Assembly: GCA_043228905.1 (NCBI GenBank)
Contig: JBHGNT010000009.1
Span: forward strand, 10,416,001-10,480,000
Source: Azolla caroliniana
Lineage: Eukaryota > Plantae > Polypodiophyta
Reading direction: 5' to 3'
DNA: 64,000 bases
Below the pieces are notes generated by a model. The model made no database searches and was not told the origin of the DNA. It worked only from the letters and a program-made list of their open reading frames with translations. How positions within the stretch are numbered: position 1 is the first letter of the stretch; the number at the start of each line of letters is the position of its first letter. Shown here one piece after another: positions 13,301 to 25,533 of the stretch. Both the position numbers and the translations under genes were made by a program.

Positions 13301-15786
13301 ATACCTCAAAATTCTTCTAATGCAATCCAAATGTGGCTTTGTTGGTTGTTGCATAAACTGGCTGACTAATCCAATTGCATAACTCAAATCAGGTCTTGTT
13401 ATAGTTAACTATATGAGGCTGCCCACCATAGACTTGTACATGTTCACATCTGCTATTTTTGCTCCCAAATCAGCCCTCAATTTGCAGTTCTTATCTAGTG
13501 GTACATCAATAGGTTTGCATCCAAGCGTTCCATACTTTTTCAACACAGTTGTTACATATTGTTTTTGCAGCATATATATTCCACTTTCAGATCTGATTAT
13601 CTCAATACTAAGAAAGTATTTCAGCTCTCCCAAATCCTTCATATGAAATTGCAATTCTAGATTTTTCTTCAACTTGCTTATTTCATCCATAGAATCACCC
13701 CCAATGATTAAATCATCAACATAAATCAAAATAACAACAATGCAATCATTTATCCTTTTTACATACAATGATGGATCAACCTTTGACATTTTGAAAGCAA
13801 TTTTTTTCAAAGATTTTGAAAGTTCCTTGTGCCATGCTCTCGGTACTTGTTTTAGTCCATAGAGAGCCTTTTTCAGCTTACAAACATATTCTGGATGCTT
13901 CTTATTTTCAAATCCTGGTGGTTGACACATGTATACTTCCTCTTCTAAGTTACCATGTAAAAAAACATTTTTTACATCCATATGGTGCAGAACCCATCTT
14001 TTCGCTACACTTACAACAAGTAGTGTCCTCAAGGTTGCCATTTTTGCAACCGGTGCAAATGTCTCATTATAATCAATTCCTTGCATTTGGGCATATCCCT
14101 TTGCAACAAGTCTTGCTTTATGTCTACTTACATTCCCATTGGAATCATGCTTTGCTTTGTAAACCCATTTGCAACCTACAACATTTTTTCCTTTTGGTAA
14201 CTTTACCCAATCCCATGTTTTATTTTCAGCCAATGCATCTATTTCTCCTTGTATTGCATTCACCCATCTCTTTTCAGCTTTTGCTTCATCAAAACTATTT
14301 GGATCAAGGATTTGTACCACTTTAGACATATATGCATAATGCAACGCCATGTATGTATCATAACCATATCTTTCAACGATTTTTTTCTCTCTATCTAATC
14401 TTCTCAGTTTTGGATCAAGCTTACTTCTTACTTCAGCAGGTACATGAACATAAGCAAGGCATCCAAACACTTCTAAGTGTCCTAAACTAGGTTTCATGCC
14501 ATATAAACATTCTTCAGGAGTTACTAAATGTACTCCAGATGTTATGCATCTATTTAGAATATAGTTTGCTGTGTTTACAACTTCAGCCCAATAATACAAT
14601 GGCATATTTTTTTTTGTCATCAAAGCTCTTGCCATGTTTACCAATGTTCTGTTTATTCTCTCAGCCACTCCATTTTGCTGTGGAATCTCTAGTTCTCTTA
14701 AACTTTCAAACCACTTTGCATGTCCGGTCATATAATTAGATGCCCCAGAATCTACATACCACATATAATCTTCATTACATCTCTGTGAACTTTCAACCAT
14801 TGCTGATATCTCATGTTACATCACAAAAGAGCCCCCTTTGTCACCGCTTTCACTAGCTGAAGCATAGTTATTTTGTTGTCTCTTCCCTCTGTTTTCATCA
14901 TTTTTGCTTTCGTAACATTCAGCCTGTGTATGGCCTGGTTTTCCACAATACCAACAACCATCATCACTCAAAAAAGTTTGCTTACCTCTGCCTCAATTGC
15001 TCCCCCTGCCTCTGATGTTATTCTTCCACTTATTGCTTGTTGCCCTTTTCCTTGATAATTATTATTGGTTCTGGTTGAACCATATCTGCCATGGCCTCTT
15101 CCTCGGCCTCTTCCAACACTATTGTAGAGAGCTTGCCCCTCATTTTTAGAGTTTCCTTTGTTTGTATCTTCAATTAGATTTCTTTCTTTCACTACTAACA
15201 CTGGAACCAGATTTGCAAAGCTTGGGATGCTATCCCTTGTGCGACTGGATGTTTTTATGCTTTTATATTGAGGTCCTAAACCCCTTAGGCATACTTCTAC
15301 TTTATCATCATCTTCTACCTTCACATTAATAGAAGCAAGTGGCTAACATATGCTCTTTATTTTCTGTCAGGAATAGTACTAAAATAGAGAGGGAATTAAT
15401 ACTAAAAGATAAGGATTAGTATTAAGAGGGGTGTAGAACTCTCTCTCTCTCTCTCTCTCTCTCGATGATAACAGAAGATATATATATTATATGAAGAGAA
15501 TATACAGGAATAGCTAGGAGGCTTAAGATTGGCGTTGAACCGATTTGGTTGTCAATAATGCCATGTGGCTCTTTTTATAGTGGCTTTAGGAATACTCTTC
15601 ACATTTCTAGAATATACATGGATTTCCTAAGTGAAATAATAAATGGAAATAATTTTTTTGTATTATAATGTATAGCTTAATGGTAAGGCTTCAACCCATG
15701 TGACACAAGGTTATGGGTTCAAATCCTTTTGAAGCCATACCATGCTATATCATGACATTACCCTCCCCCTCCCCCTCCCCCCCCCC

Positions 15787-18700
15787 TTAAGACGACGAGT
15801 GTATCGTCGTCTTAGATGGAGGACCTGGCTTGTCGGGATATTGCCGATGAAAGTCCTCAACAAGAGCTCGAGAATTTACCACATTCTTGACTGGTTCCTA
15901 AGTACGCTCGTTTGGACTATAGCCTAGCCAATCAACCAAATAGTAGAGCTTGTTGCAAACAATCATGGAATCGAGGATAAAAGCTACTTCGTACTCCGGT
16001 CTTGCTTCAAGCTCGATCGGGGGTGGAGGTGGTGTAATACGATTTGGAATAGTGTTGTCTTGATACGGTTCGAGAAGAGAACTATGAAAAACCGGATGTA
16101 TCTATAGTTGCGGAGGTAGATCGAGACGAAAAGCGACATCATTAAATTTTTCGATAATATGGAAAGAACCTAATCGTCGATAGTCCAATTTATGACATGT
16201 GCGAGTAGTCTTGATGTGTCATCGTAATAGCCATACCCGATCTCCAATGTTAAAACTGAATGGAAGCTGATGACGATCCGCATAATCCTTCTGTGTTTGT
16301 TGAGCTTGTTGTAAATGAGTAGATAAGTCTATTTGTATCTTGTGTAGCCGCTCCAAATGATCCTCTGCACAAGGATTTGTGGGTAACTCCGGAGTTTCAA
16401 ATACACACCACCAAGGATGATAGCCTATATAAGCATAAAATGGTGTAACCTTAGTTGATGAGTGGACAGAGTTATTATACGCAAATTCGGCAAAGTGGAG
16501 AATATCTGCCCAATCATCGTGTTGATAGCTTAGAAAACACCGAAGATACTGTTCTAGCGTTTGGTTTCTTTGTTCTTCTTGTCCATCTGTTTGCGGGTGG
16601 TAGACAGAGGAGAGGTTACAAGTGACCTTGAGCATTTTGAAAAGATGCTTCCAGAATTTTGAGATGAATTGGGGTTCACGGTCGTTGACGATAGTATCCG
16701 GAAGGCCATGAAGCCAACATACCTGACACATGACAATTTCAACAGTTTCTTCACTAGTGATTTCCTTAGAACAAGGCAGAAAATGTGCCATCTTCGTATA
16801 TCGATCTACTATTGTTCAGATCGCATCAAATCCCTTTGAGATTGGAATATCTGTGATGAAATCTAGAAAAATGCATTACCATGGTTTGCTTGGAATTGGT
16901 AATGGTTCCAATAAACCATATGGATGAGGTCTTGGCATCTTTGCTCTTCAACAAGTATCACATGTCCCAACATAGTCTTCGACAAATCGTCGCATATGAG
17001 GCCACCAGAATCATCGTTGTACTAAATCCAACGTTTTAGTACTACCGAAATGCCCCAATGTATATGTGTCATGGCAATTTTAGACTACTGGAAGGTGACA
17101 AGAACCATTAGGAACATACGAGAGTTTCTTAAAGAATAGTAATTCATCAGGACATTCAAATTGTCGAGAGTCCATGCCTGGTTGTTGCGACTGTCAACAA
17201 GATGCCCGACAGGGATCAATTTGTGCTAGAATGGCTTGAGCGAAAGCGTTTTCTTCAAGTCTTCACGTATGGTATCGATAATGTGGGAATCCAATAGTGT
17301 ATTGAAAACCCACATTGCTTGTAGTTGTGCCGGTCCTAGGATTACTTGCTTTTGATTATCGAATGCTAGTTCACCAAGACGCGGTGCTAGATACGAGCGT
17401 CGTGATAGCGCATCTGCCTTCCCTTGTTGCTTCCTAAGACGATATGTAATTTTGAAGTTGAAACGAATGAGGAACTGGGCCCACCGAGTTTGATGTCGAT
17501 TTAATACACGAGCATTCTAGAAGTAGGCAAGATTTTTGTGATCACTGAATACAGTGACTTGATGAGAAGATCCCTCTAAAAAATGCCTCCATTGTGTAAA
17601 AGAGTCCAGTATTACTAATAGCTCCTTGTCATGTATTTCGTAGTTGATTTCAGTGGCGTCAAACTTGCGCGAGTGGAAAGCCATAGGAAGTAGCTTTTCA
17701 TCATCACCTTGTTGTGACAAAATGCTACCTAGGGCGAAATCCGACATGTCTGCCTCAATGATGAACGGTTTTTTCGGATCAACATGAGCTAGAATAGGAG
17801 TTGATGTAAATGATTTCTTAAGACTCACAAAAGCCGTGTCTGCTTCTTTCGACCAAACAAAGGACTGCCCCATCTTGGTAATCTATGTGAGAGGCAGAAT
17901 AAGCTTTGAGTAATCCCGTATAAACTTGCGGTAGAAATTGGCGAAGCCTAAAAAGCATTGCAAATCTCACAATGAACGTGGAGTCTACCACTCTACCACA
18001 ATTTTGAACTTATCTGGATCCATAGAGATGCCTTCGGAGAAGATAACATAGCCTCGAAATTCCACCTAGTTGCACTTGAAACTACATTTTTCTAGTTTTG
18101 CATAAAGACCATGTTCTCGAAGTCGTTGTAGTACTAATAGTACATGAGAATCATGTTCTTGAGTCTTCGAATAAACTAGTAGATCATCCAAATATATTAT
18201 CAAACAAATATCCAAGAGATCTCGGAATATATCATTTTCCATATGCATAACCGTGTACTAGAAGTGCCCATATCTGGTGCAAAACGCGGTCTTCTATTCA
18301 TATCCTTGTCGGATCCATAAGAGGTTATATGCTCCTCGCAAGTAGATCTTTGTGAAGAACTTTGCACCATTGATCCGTTCTAAAAGACTTGAGGTAAGGG
18401 GAAGTGCATACCTATTCCTAATGGTGACCTTATTCAAGCCACGGTAATCTATGACGAGACGAAGTGATCCATCCTTTTTCTTGACAAAGAAAATGAGTGC
18501 GCCGGCTGGAGATTTCGAATGTCGAATGAAAATGTTTGCCAAATTCTCCTCTATTTTGGCTCGAAGGACTTCTAGCTAGGTTGGTGACAAGTTGTAGATT
18601 GGTCCCCATGGTGACTCTTTTCCCGGTTGTAAATCAATGGGACAATCGTATGCATGGTGGTGAGGAAACGTATTGGCTTGTACCTTATCAAACACGTCGG

Positions 18701-19320
18701 CATAATGACGATACTTCTGTGGAAGTTGAACTGTGGATTCCTCTTTAGTGGTGTTGGAAGGTTTTACTGATATTGCGAAGACAAACATTGCTTTGTTGCA
18801 TCCTTCTTGACGCAATTGATGTAGCGAAATGGTTGCAATCCTATAAGTAGGTTCTTGGGTTTGTCGATACCGGATTTCTCTTGTTCTCCAATCTATGTCT
18901 GGGTTATGTAATTTGAACCATGGTAACCCCATGACAATTGAATGATCTGGACTACTAATTATATTAAATGATACTACACACACCAAATTATCTAGGACAA
19001 CCTGAATCCTTTGACTCTTCCACGATATTTCCGGAAGCAATGGGACGACCATCAATAACTACTAAAGATGCTAGGCAAAAAAGTTTTCTTAGGGATATCT
19101 GATGAGCTTGGGTAAAATTCCTATCCATGAAGCAAGAGTTGGCTCCGGAATCTAAGAGTGCTAAGACATGTACTAGAAGAGTACTTTTAGTACTAACTAT
19201 TACTTGAGCTAAGAACACATTGCTAAATTGTTTAGAGGGAATGGAACCACTAATGGACTGCATAGATCTAGGGCTGTCCAACCAAACGGCTCCTATTTTG
19301 GATGGACTTAGTCATTTAAC
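15787..19320 (-). pseudogene. Chromovirus pol: PR, RT, RNase H, INT, chromodomain
   Basis: [62 protein letters not shown]-terminal EYEVAFILDS...LYYLVDWLGY chromodomain near 15840-16000. Confidence 0.92.
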
Positions 19321-20450
19321 TCTTCTTCTAATTGACTAAGGACTTCAAATTTGTTCGATAGATTTGGGCTATTAGTACCATTAGAACTATCAGAATTTTC
19401 TAATGAAATAGACTCGGGTTTAGTACAAGCTACTACTTGCTTTACCTGTCTTCTTGGCCTATGTGGACATTTTACTGCGATATGCCTTGGTCCTCCGCAG
19501 TAGAGACATAATCGATTTGCTCGGCGTCGTTGCTTTTCTTCTTCCAACAATGGATCACGACGACGCGTGGTGTCGATTTCCATCGGTGTTGGAGTATTTG
19601 CCGGAGGTGCATTGTATGACTCCCTTGCAAATGGTTTTGCTGCGAGCGAGGCGTATGTGGGCTCCGACCTAGTCCTTGGCATTTGTAATTGGCATTCCGA
19701 ACATCGCTCGAAAAGCCGGTTATTGCATCTTACCGCTTGACTGATTGCCTCTGTGAGCGATTTTGGTTCTTCAGGGAAAGTCATGAGTAAGTCTTTGACA
19801 TCATTTCGTAGGCCGTATCGAGACTATTCCATTAATGCTTGATCATCCCAGGGGATATCGAAGGCTAGTAGACGGAAATCTGCAGCGGATGCGGAGGCTG
19901 GACAATCACCTTAACCTAATCGTCGGATTTTGTTGATTGCCGTCCTTATGCTATTAGTGTCTCCAAAACAAGCTTTAAACTCGCTTATAAACTCCTCAAA
20001 TTTATTTAGTAATGGAGATTCCTTTTCTAACAATGGAGCGAACCATCCCAAAGCTGAGCCACTTAGCAACGTGCCTACTAGACCCACTCATGATGCATCG
20101 GTGGGATATCAAGAAGGATGCATTTGAATGACTAATCGTACCTAATTAAGGAATCCTCTAAACTGTGATTGCATTCCATCGAATTTCATAAGAAGGCCGA
20201 TCTTGGGTTCTTTATAAATCCCTTGCGTACTTGGTCCTTGTTGTTGCAACGCTATAATGGTTGCTTCAAGTTGTTACACGCGTAATGCTAGTTCCCCATG
20301 TTGTTGTTGCGTTTTCTGCTTTTGTAAGGAGATTTGTTGAAGATCCCCCAACAGCCGTTGATTTTCTTGTTCCAATGCGAGAAACTTCTCTTTCAAGCAT
20401 TGCAACTCTGAGAAAATGGATTGATATTCTTGAGCGCCAACAATTGCCAT
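19308..20450 (-). pseudogene. Chromovirus gag
   Basis: PTPMEID and CLYCGGPRHIAVKC zinc knuckle; ends EEELND*; several internal stops. Confidence 0.9.
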
Positions 20451-22029
20451 AGTATTAGAGAAAGGAGGGATAAGTAAGAAGATAGAAGGAATGAAAATAT
20501 CGGTGTAAACTATCAGGAATAGTACTAAAACAGAGAGGGAATTAATACTAAAAGATGAGGATTAGTACTAAGAGGGGTGTAGAACTCTCGGGAGAAGGGG
20601 AGAGAGAGAGAGAGACAACGATGATAATAGAAGATATATATATTATATGAAGAGAATATACATGAATAGCTAGGAGGCTTAAGACTGGCGTTCAACCGAT
20701 TTGGTTGTCAATAATGCCATGTGCCTCTTTTTATAGTGGCTTTAGGAATACACTTCACATTTCTAGAATGTTCCAGAGAAATCTAGAATATACATGGATT
20801 TCCTAAGCGAAATAATAAATGGAAATAATATTTTTTATATTATACTGTATAACTTAATGGTAAGGCTTTAACCCATGTGACACAAGGTCATGGGTTCAAA
20901 TCTTTTTGATGCCATATCATGCTATATCATGACATTTTCAGAGCATACTCATTGACTGACATTTTACCTTTTTCCAAGGTATTTAGTTCAGTCTTTAACT
21001 GAAGTTTTCTTGCCTTTGTGTTTATTGCAAACAGTTTCACCAAACTATCCCAAGCTTCCTTTGGAAGTAGTGCATCTTGTATATGTCCAAGCATCGAATC
21101 TGAGATGCTAAGTGGCAACCAACGCAATATTATTATTGCCCCTTGATTCTAGTCTTTAAATGCTTTGATTTGTGCAATAGTTGCATTTTCTTCAGGGATC
21201 TCTAGAGCTTCTTGTAGGTCTCCTTCAATGAAATCCTAGTATCCTTTTCCGATCAAGAAATTTGTCATTCTGAATTTCCGCGCAGGGAAATTGTTTTTAT
21301 CCAGTTTTTCTGTGACTATTTGGCTTCCATTTTCAGCAGCTATCTCTCTTTCAATTTAGCGCTTTAGCTACGATTAACTTCAACAAGAACCCCTCTGGTT
21401 CAGATTAGCAAATGAGAAATTTTCTTAGATCTGTATTGTTCTTCTTTACGAGCAACTCTGCTCTGATACCATGTTACGAAGGCGCTACGTCTCTTCTTAG
21501 TGCACAACGGATCGTGATGTGCCGGATCGTTTAGTGTTCAAAGGAAGAGAAAGAAGGGGGGAAGGAGACTCACCTCTATAGCAACCCAAAATCATTCTGT
21601 TTAATTACAGAGAGAAACAACCTCTCTTGTCTATTTTCGTACTTTTCTTTCTTACTTCACTCTACCACTTACTCTTACTTTTTTTACCTAAGTATATAAG
21701 TGACTTACATATTCAGCTAATTAGCTGTGAGTAGCTAATTAGCTATGAATAATTAAATAGTTATTTTACCTATATGTCTAATAGTAACTAATTTCCTAAT
21801 AGCTACTATAGAAAATCTCAGTTACCAATAAGCATCACATGCTTTTGTTAAGCTTGTTTCTTAACAAGATGGACCATCTGGAGCCGCGCATCCTGGACAC
21901 CCTCGACAACGCATAAAATTCTCTGTGGGTTCAACTGTGCAAGTACTGTCCCTCAGGTGTGCCATGTGTTGGCCGCCTTAGATGGCCAAGTAGAAAAGGT
22001 CGAAGAAGAAAAAAGACAAAGGGGACGAT

Positions 22030-22430
22030 TACAAAAAATGAAGAAGAAGGGTGGGACCGAAGCGTAGTTAAGAGGGCGTAACAACCAAATATATTTATGA
22101 AGGGAAATGGTTTACGTGTCGAGTGTAACCGCCCATGACCCTATATATAGGGCATGTAAAACTTGTAACAAGGGAATCGTAATCTTGTATACAATATTTT
22201 GGAAATATACATCTATTTTTGCATCACTTCCTGTGTCGAGTCGTGTACTCTGCATATGTTAAGTACGTAACGTGTCGGTTGTAGCCGTCATCATAATCTC
22301 CACAGTCTCTATGATCGAGATAACTATTAGAATTTGAGTATATAGTCACCTGAGTTACGGGTACGACTTGTGCATCCTTCCTTGACCATGATTCCCTTGA
22401 GCCAAACCCCAAAGGACCGAGGATTCAACA
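22030..22430 (+). repeat. Putative 3' LTR of the old element carrying the extra ORF
   Basis: Purine tract AAAGACAAAGGGGACGA just before it, CCCTATATATAGGG TATA-like palindrome near 22139-22152, ends ...TTCAACA. No partner LTR in the window. Confidence 0.4.
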
Positions 22431-22713
22431 CCGTGTTACCCTAAGCGGTAACACTCTTAATGGTTTGCATAGCCAAAGTGTGTGACTGATTCATTTTTGC
22501 ATTTTGTCCACTTGTTGATGTGGCTTTCGGAGCCGGTTCCGCATCTGTTGGACTTCATTATCGGTTTTCTCTTTCGTTTATTTTCTTTGTCGATTAGATT
22601 TTTTTTTTTCTTGCAATTCCTCCCATAATCGCCTATCGAGTACTGGCACAATGGATTGTTTGAATGTTTGGAGTCGTTGTTTGGCTTCCTATAGTTTCGA
22701 CTCGGCTTCTTGC

Positions 22714-23025
22714 TGTGATGATATGGCAAGACTCGAACCCATGACCTTACGTTATATGGGTCGAGCTCTTGACCATTATACCAACTATTGTAATATGTAA
22801 GATATATATTTCATTTAAGTTTTATTATAGGAAATTCATGTATATTCCAGATTTCTCTAGAACATTCTAGAAGCTTCAGGACTCCTCTTGAGAACACTAT
22901 AAAAGGAGGCACAAGGCATTATGTTGAACCAAATTGGTTCAATGCCAGTCTTAAGCCTCAAAGCCATTTTGTACTTACTCTTCATATAATATATCATCTG
23001 TTATCATTATCTCTCTCTCTCTCTC

Positions 23026-23062
<37 letters not shown>

Positions 23063-25080
23063 CTCTTCTCTCTCCCTCTCTTGGGAGTCTTACGTAGTCC
23101 CGTCCTCTTAGTACTAATAGTACTTCCCTTCTCCAGTACTAATTATGTCTCTGTTTTAGTACTATTCCTGAGAGTTTGAACCAATTTTCCACTAGTCTTC
23201 TTTTCGGTTTCCCTCATCCACTTACCCCTTTTTTTTCCCAATACTATGGCTACTGTTAGCACCCAAGAATATCAATCTGTTTTCTCCAAGATACAGGGTC
23301 TAAAATTTGTGGCCTTGGAACAAGAGAACCAACGATTGTTAGGGGATCTTCAACAAATTGCTCTAGAAAAACAGCAAACGCAGCAACAACATGGGGAGTT
23401 GTAACATCAACATGGAGAGTTAGCGTTACGTGTACAACAACTCGAAGCAACCATCATAGCGTTGCAACAACAAGGATCAAGTCCCCAAGGATTTCATAAA
23501 GAGCCCAAGATTGGACTTCTAGTGAAATTCAATGGAACGCGATCACAATTTAGGGGATTTTTTAATCAAGTACGCTTAGTCATTCAAATGCATCCTTCTT
23601 GATACCCCACTGATGCATCCTGAATCGGCCTAATAGGCACGTTGCTTAGTGGCTTAGCCTTGGCATGGTTCGCTCCGCTTCTAGAAAAACAATCACCCTT
23701 GCTTAATAACTTTGAAGACTTTATTAGCGAGTTTAAAGCTTGCTTTGGAGATACCGACAACATCAGGACGACGATCAACAAAATCCGATGATTGCGTCAA
23801 GGTGATCGTCCAGCCTCTGCCTACGCGGTGGATTTCCATCTACTCGCCTCATATATCCCCTGGGATGATCAGGCAGTAATGGAGCAGTTTCGCTACGGCC
23901 TGCGAAACGATGTCAAAGATTTACTCTTAACCTTCCCCGAAGAACCAAAGTCTTTTATAGAGGCAATCAGTCGAGCGGTCCGATGCGACAATCGGCTTTT
24001 CGAATGACGTTCTGAACGTCAATTACAAATACCATGCCCTAGGCCAGAGCCCACATACGCCTCAGTCACGACTAAACCGTTTGCATGAGACGTATCTCAA
24101 GCAAATACTTTGACACCAATGGAGATCTACACCATGCGTCGACGTGGCCCGGTATCGGAAGAAGAAAAGAAACGACGACATGTAAATCGATTATGTCTTT
24201 ATTGCGGTGGACCAGGGCATATCGCAATCAACTGTCCCCATAGGCCAAGAAGATAGGTAAATAATATCGTAGCATGTACTAAACCCGAATCAATTCTTCC
24301 CTTAGGAGTGTCTGATAGTATTAATAGTACTAATAGCCCAAGTATCTCAAACAAATTTGAAATCCTTAGTCAATTAGAAGAAGAGTTAAATGACTGAGTT
24401 CAGCCAAAATAGGAGCCATTTGGTTGGACAACCCTAGATTTGTACAACCCATTAGTGGTTCCATTCCCTCCAAGCAAGTTAGCAATGTGTTCTAAGCCCA
24501 AGTCATGGTTAGTACTAAAAGTACTCCTCCAGTACACGTCCTAGCACTTTTAGATTCCGGAGCTGATTCTTGTTTCATTGATCGAAATTTGTCCCAAGCT
24601 TCTCAGATATCCTTAAGAAAACTTCCTTGCTCCGCATCTGTAGTAGTCATTGATGGTCGTCCCATTGCTTCTGGGAATATTGTAGAAGAGTCAAAACCCA
24701 TTCAGGTTGTCCTAGGTAGTTTTGTGTGTGTGGTATCATTTAATATAATTAGTAGTCCAGAGCATCCCATTGTCCTAGGATTACCTTGATTTGAATTACA
24801 TAATCCCGACATAGATTGGAGAACAAGAGAAGTCCTGCATCGACAACCCCAAGAATCTACTCATCGAGTTTCGACCATTTCACTCCATCAATTACGCAAA
24901 GAAGGACACAAGGAGGCAATGTTTCTATTTGCAATATCAGTACATCCTTCCAACAATATTAAGAAGGAATCCTTAGTGCAACTTCCAGCGAAATATCATC
25001 CTTATGCCAATGTATTTGACAAGGTAAAAGCCGGTACTCTTCCTCATCATCGTCCCTACGATTGTCCCATCGATTTACAG
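22714..25080 (+). mobile_element. 5' part of a second Tcn1-like chromovirus (LTR 22714-23173, gag 23246-24397, PR)
   Basis: Collinear with the 15365-20934 element in opposite orientation; LLDSGADSCF. Breaks at ...CPIDLQ; an RT remnant VMPFGLTNA reappears at 31806-31832. Confidence 0.92.
23176..23187 (+). promoter_or_regulatory. Self-priming PBS (Tf1-type)
   Basis: TTGAACCAATTT is the exact reverse complement of AAATTGGTTCAA (22931-22942), which lies 33 nt after the TATA box at 22898. Confidence 0.8.
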
Positions 25081-25533
25081 CCACTCGACTCAAAGAAACA
25101 AAAGGGGGAAGGAGAGAGAGAGACTCTGCTAGAAGCACACAGGCTATCCACGAAGTAGAGGCAACGAACTCCCGACACCCACAGAGAACGGCGATCGGAG
25201 GAGAGAGAGCTCGACAGTCGGTTCTGCAATAGCCCTTCGTCCTCGCCAATGCGCGATCCCCTTTTGTTCTTCCTTCTCTCCCTCCTTAAATAGTTTATTC
25301 CCTGCCCCCCTCGACAGAGATATACACAATCCCCTAATAAATGTGTACTACCTAGTATTTACATCAGCCGACCTAGTTATGAATCATGTACAAAATATCA
25401 ATTCTCGCGTCCACCCATGTAAGAGCCGCTTCATGCACCTTTTTCTCCGGTTTTCTTCACAACATCCACCCCCACCAAACCGCGCATCCACCGGCATGTG
25501 CTAGAGACGGGTAGATACCGAAGAAAAACGGCT

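Larger units (their letters stand above)
15365..20934 (-). mobile_element. Full-length Ty3/gypsy chromovirus (Tcn1-like), degenerate
   Basis: LTRs 15365-15757 and 20511-20934; TSD TTTTC on both sides; G-rich PPT 15758-15786; no tRNA-type PBS. Confidence 0.95.
12347..21866 (-). mobile_element. AT-rich Ty1/copia related to the Bryco-like group, internally deleted, hosting a chromovirus
   Basis: LTRs 12347-12719 and 21472-21866; TSD AGACG/AGATG; PBS TGGTATCAGAGC 21460-21471; PPT near 12720-12733. ORF 13409-14800 has PR, partial INT and RT (IYVDDL). Confidence 0.93.
4480..21917 (+). pseudogene. Degenerate long coiled-coil-like ORF split by insertions (pieces 4480-4831, 10699-12346, 21867-21917); likely an extra ORF of an old retrotransposon
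   Basis: Reading appears collinear across the insertions (...HEFARLLRFGT / FEIMEFLALQQ...). Heptad-like K/E/Q/L-rich middle and E/P/T-rich tail, with several stops. Confidence 0.5.

Noticed and set aside
15665-15740. Functional tRNA gene
   Set aside because: A and B boxes are present, but I could not build acceptor and anticodon stems; reported as a tRNA-like cassette instead.
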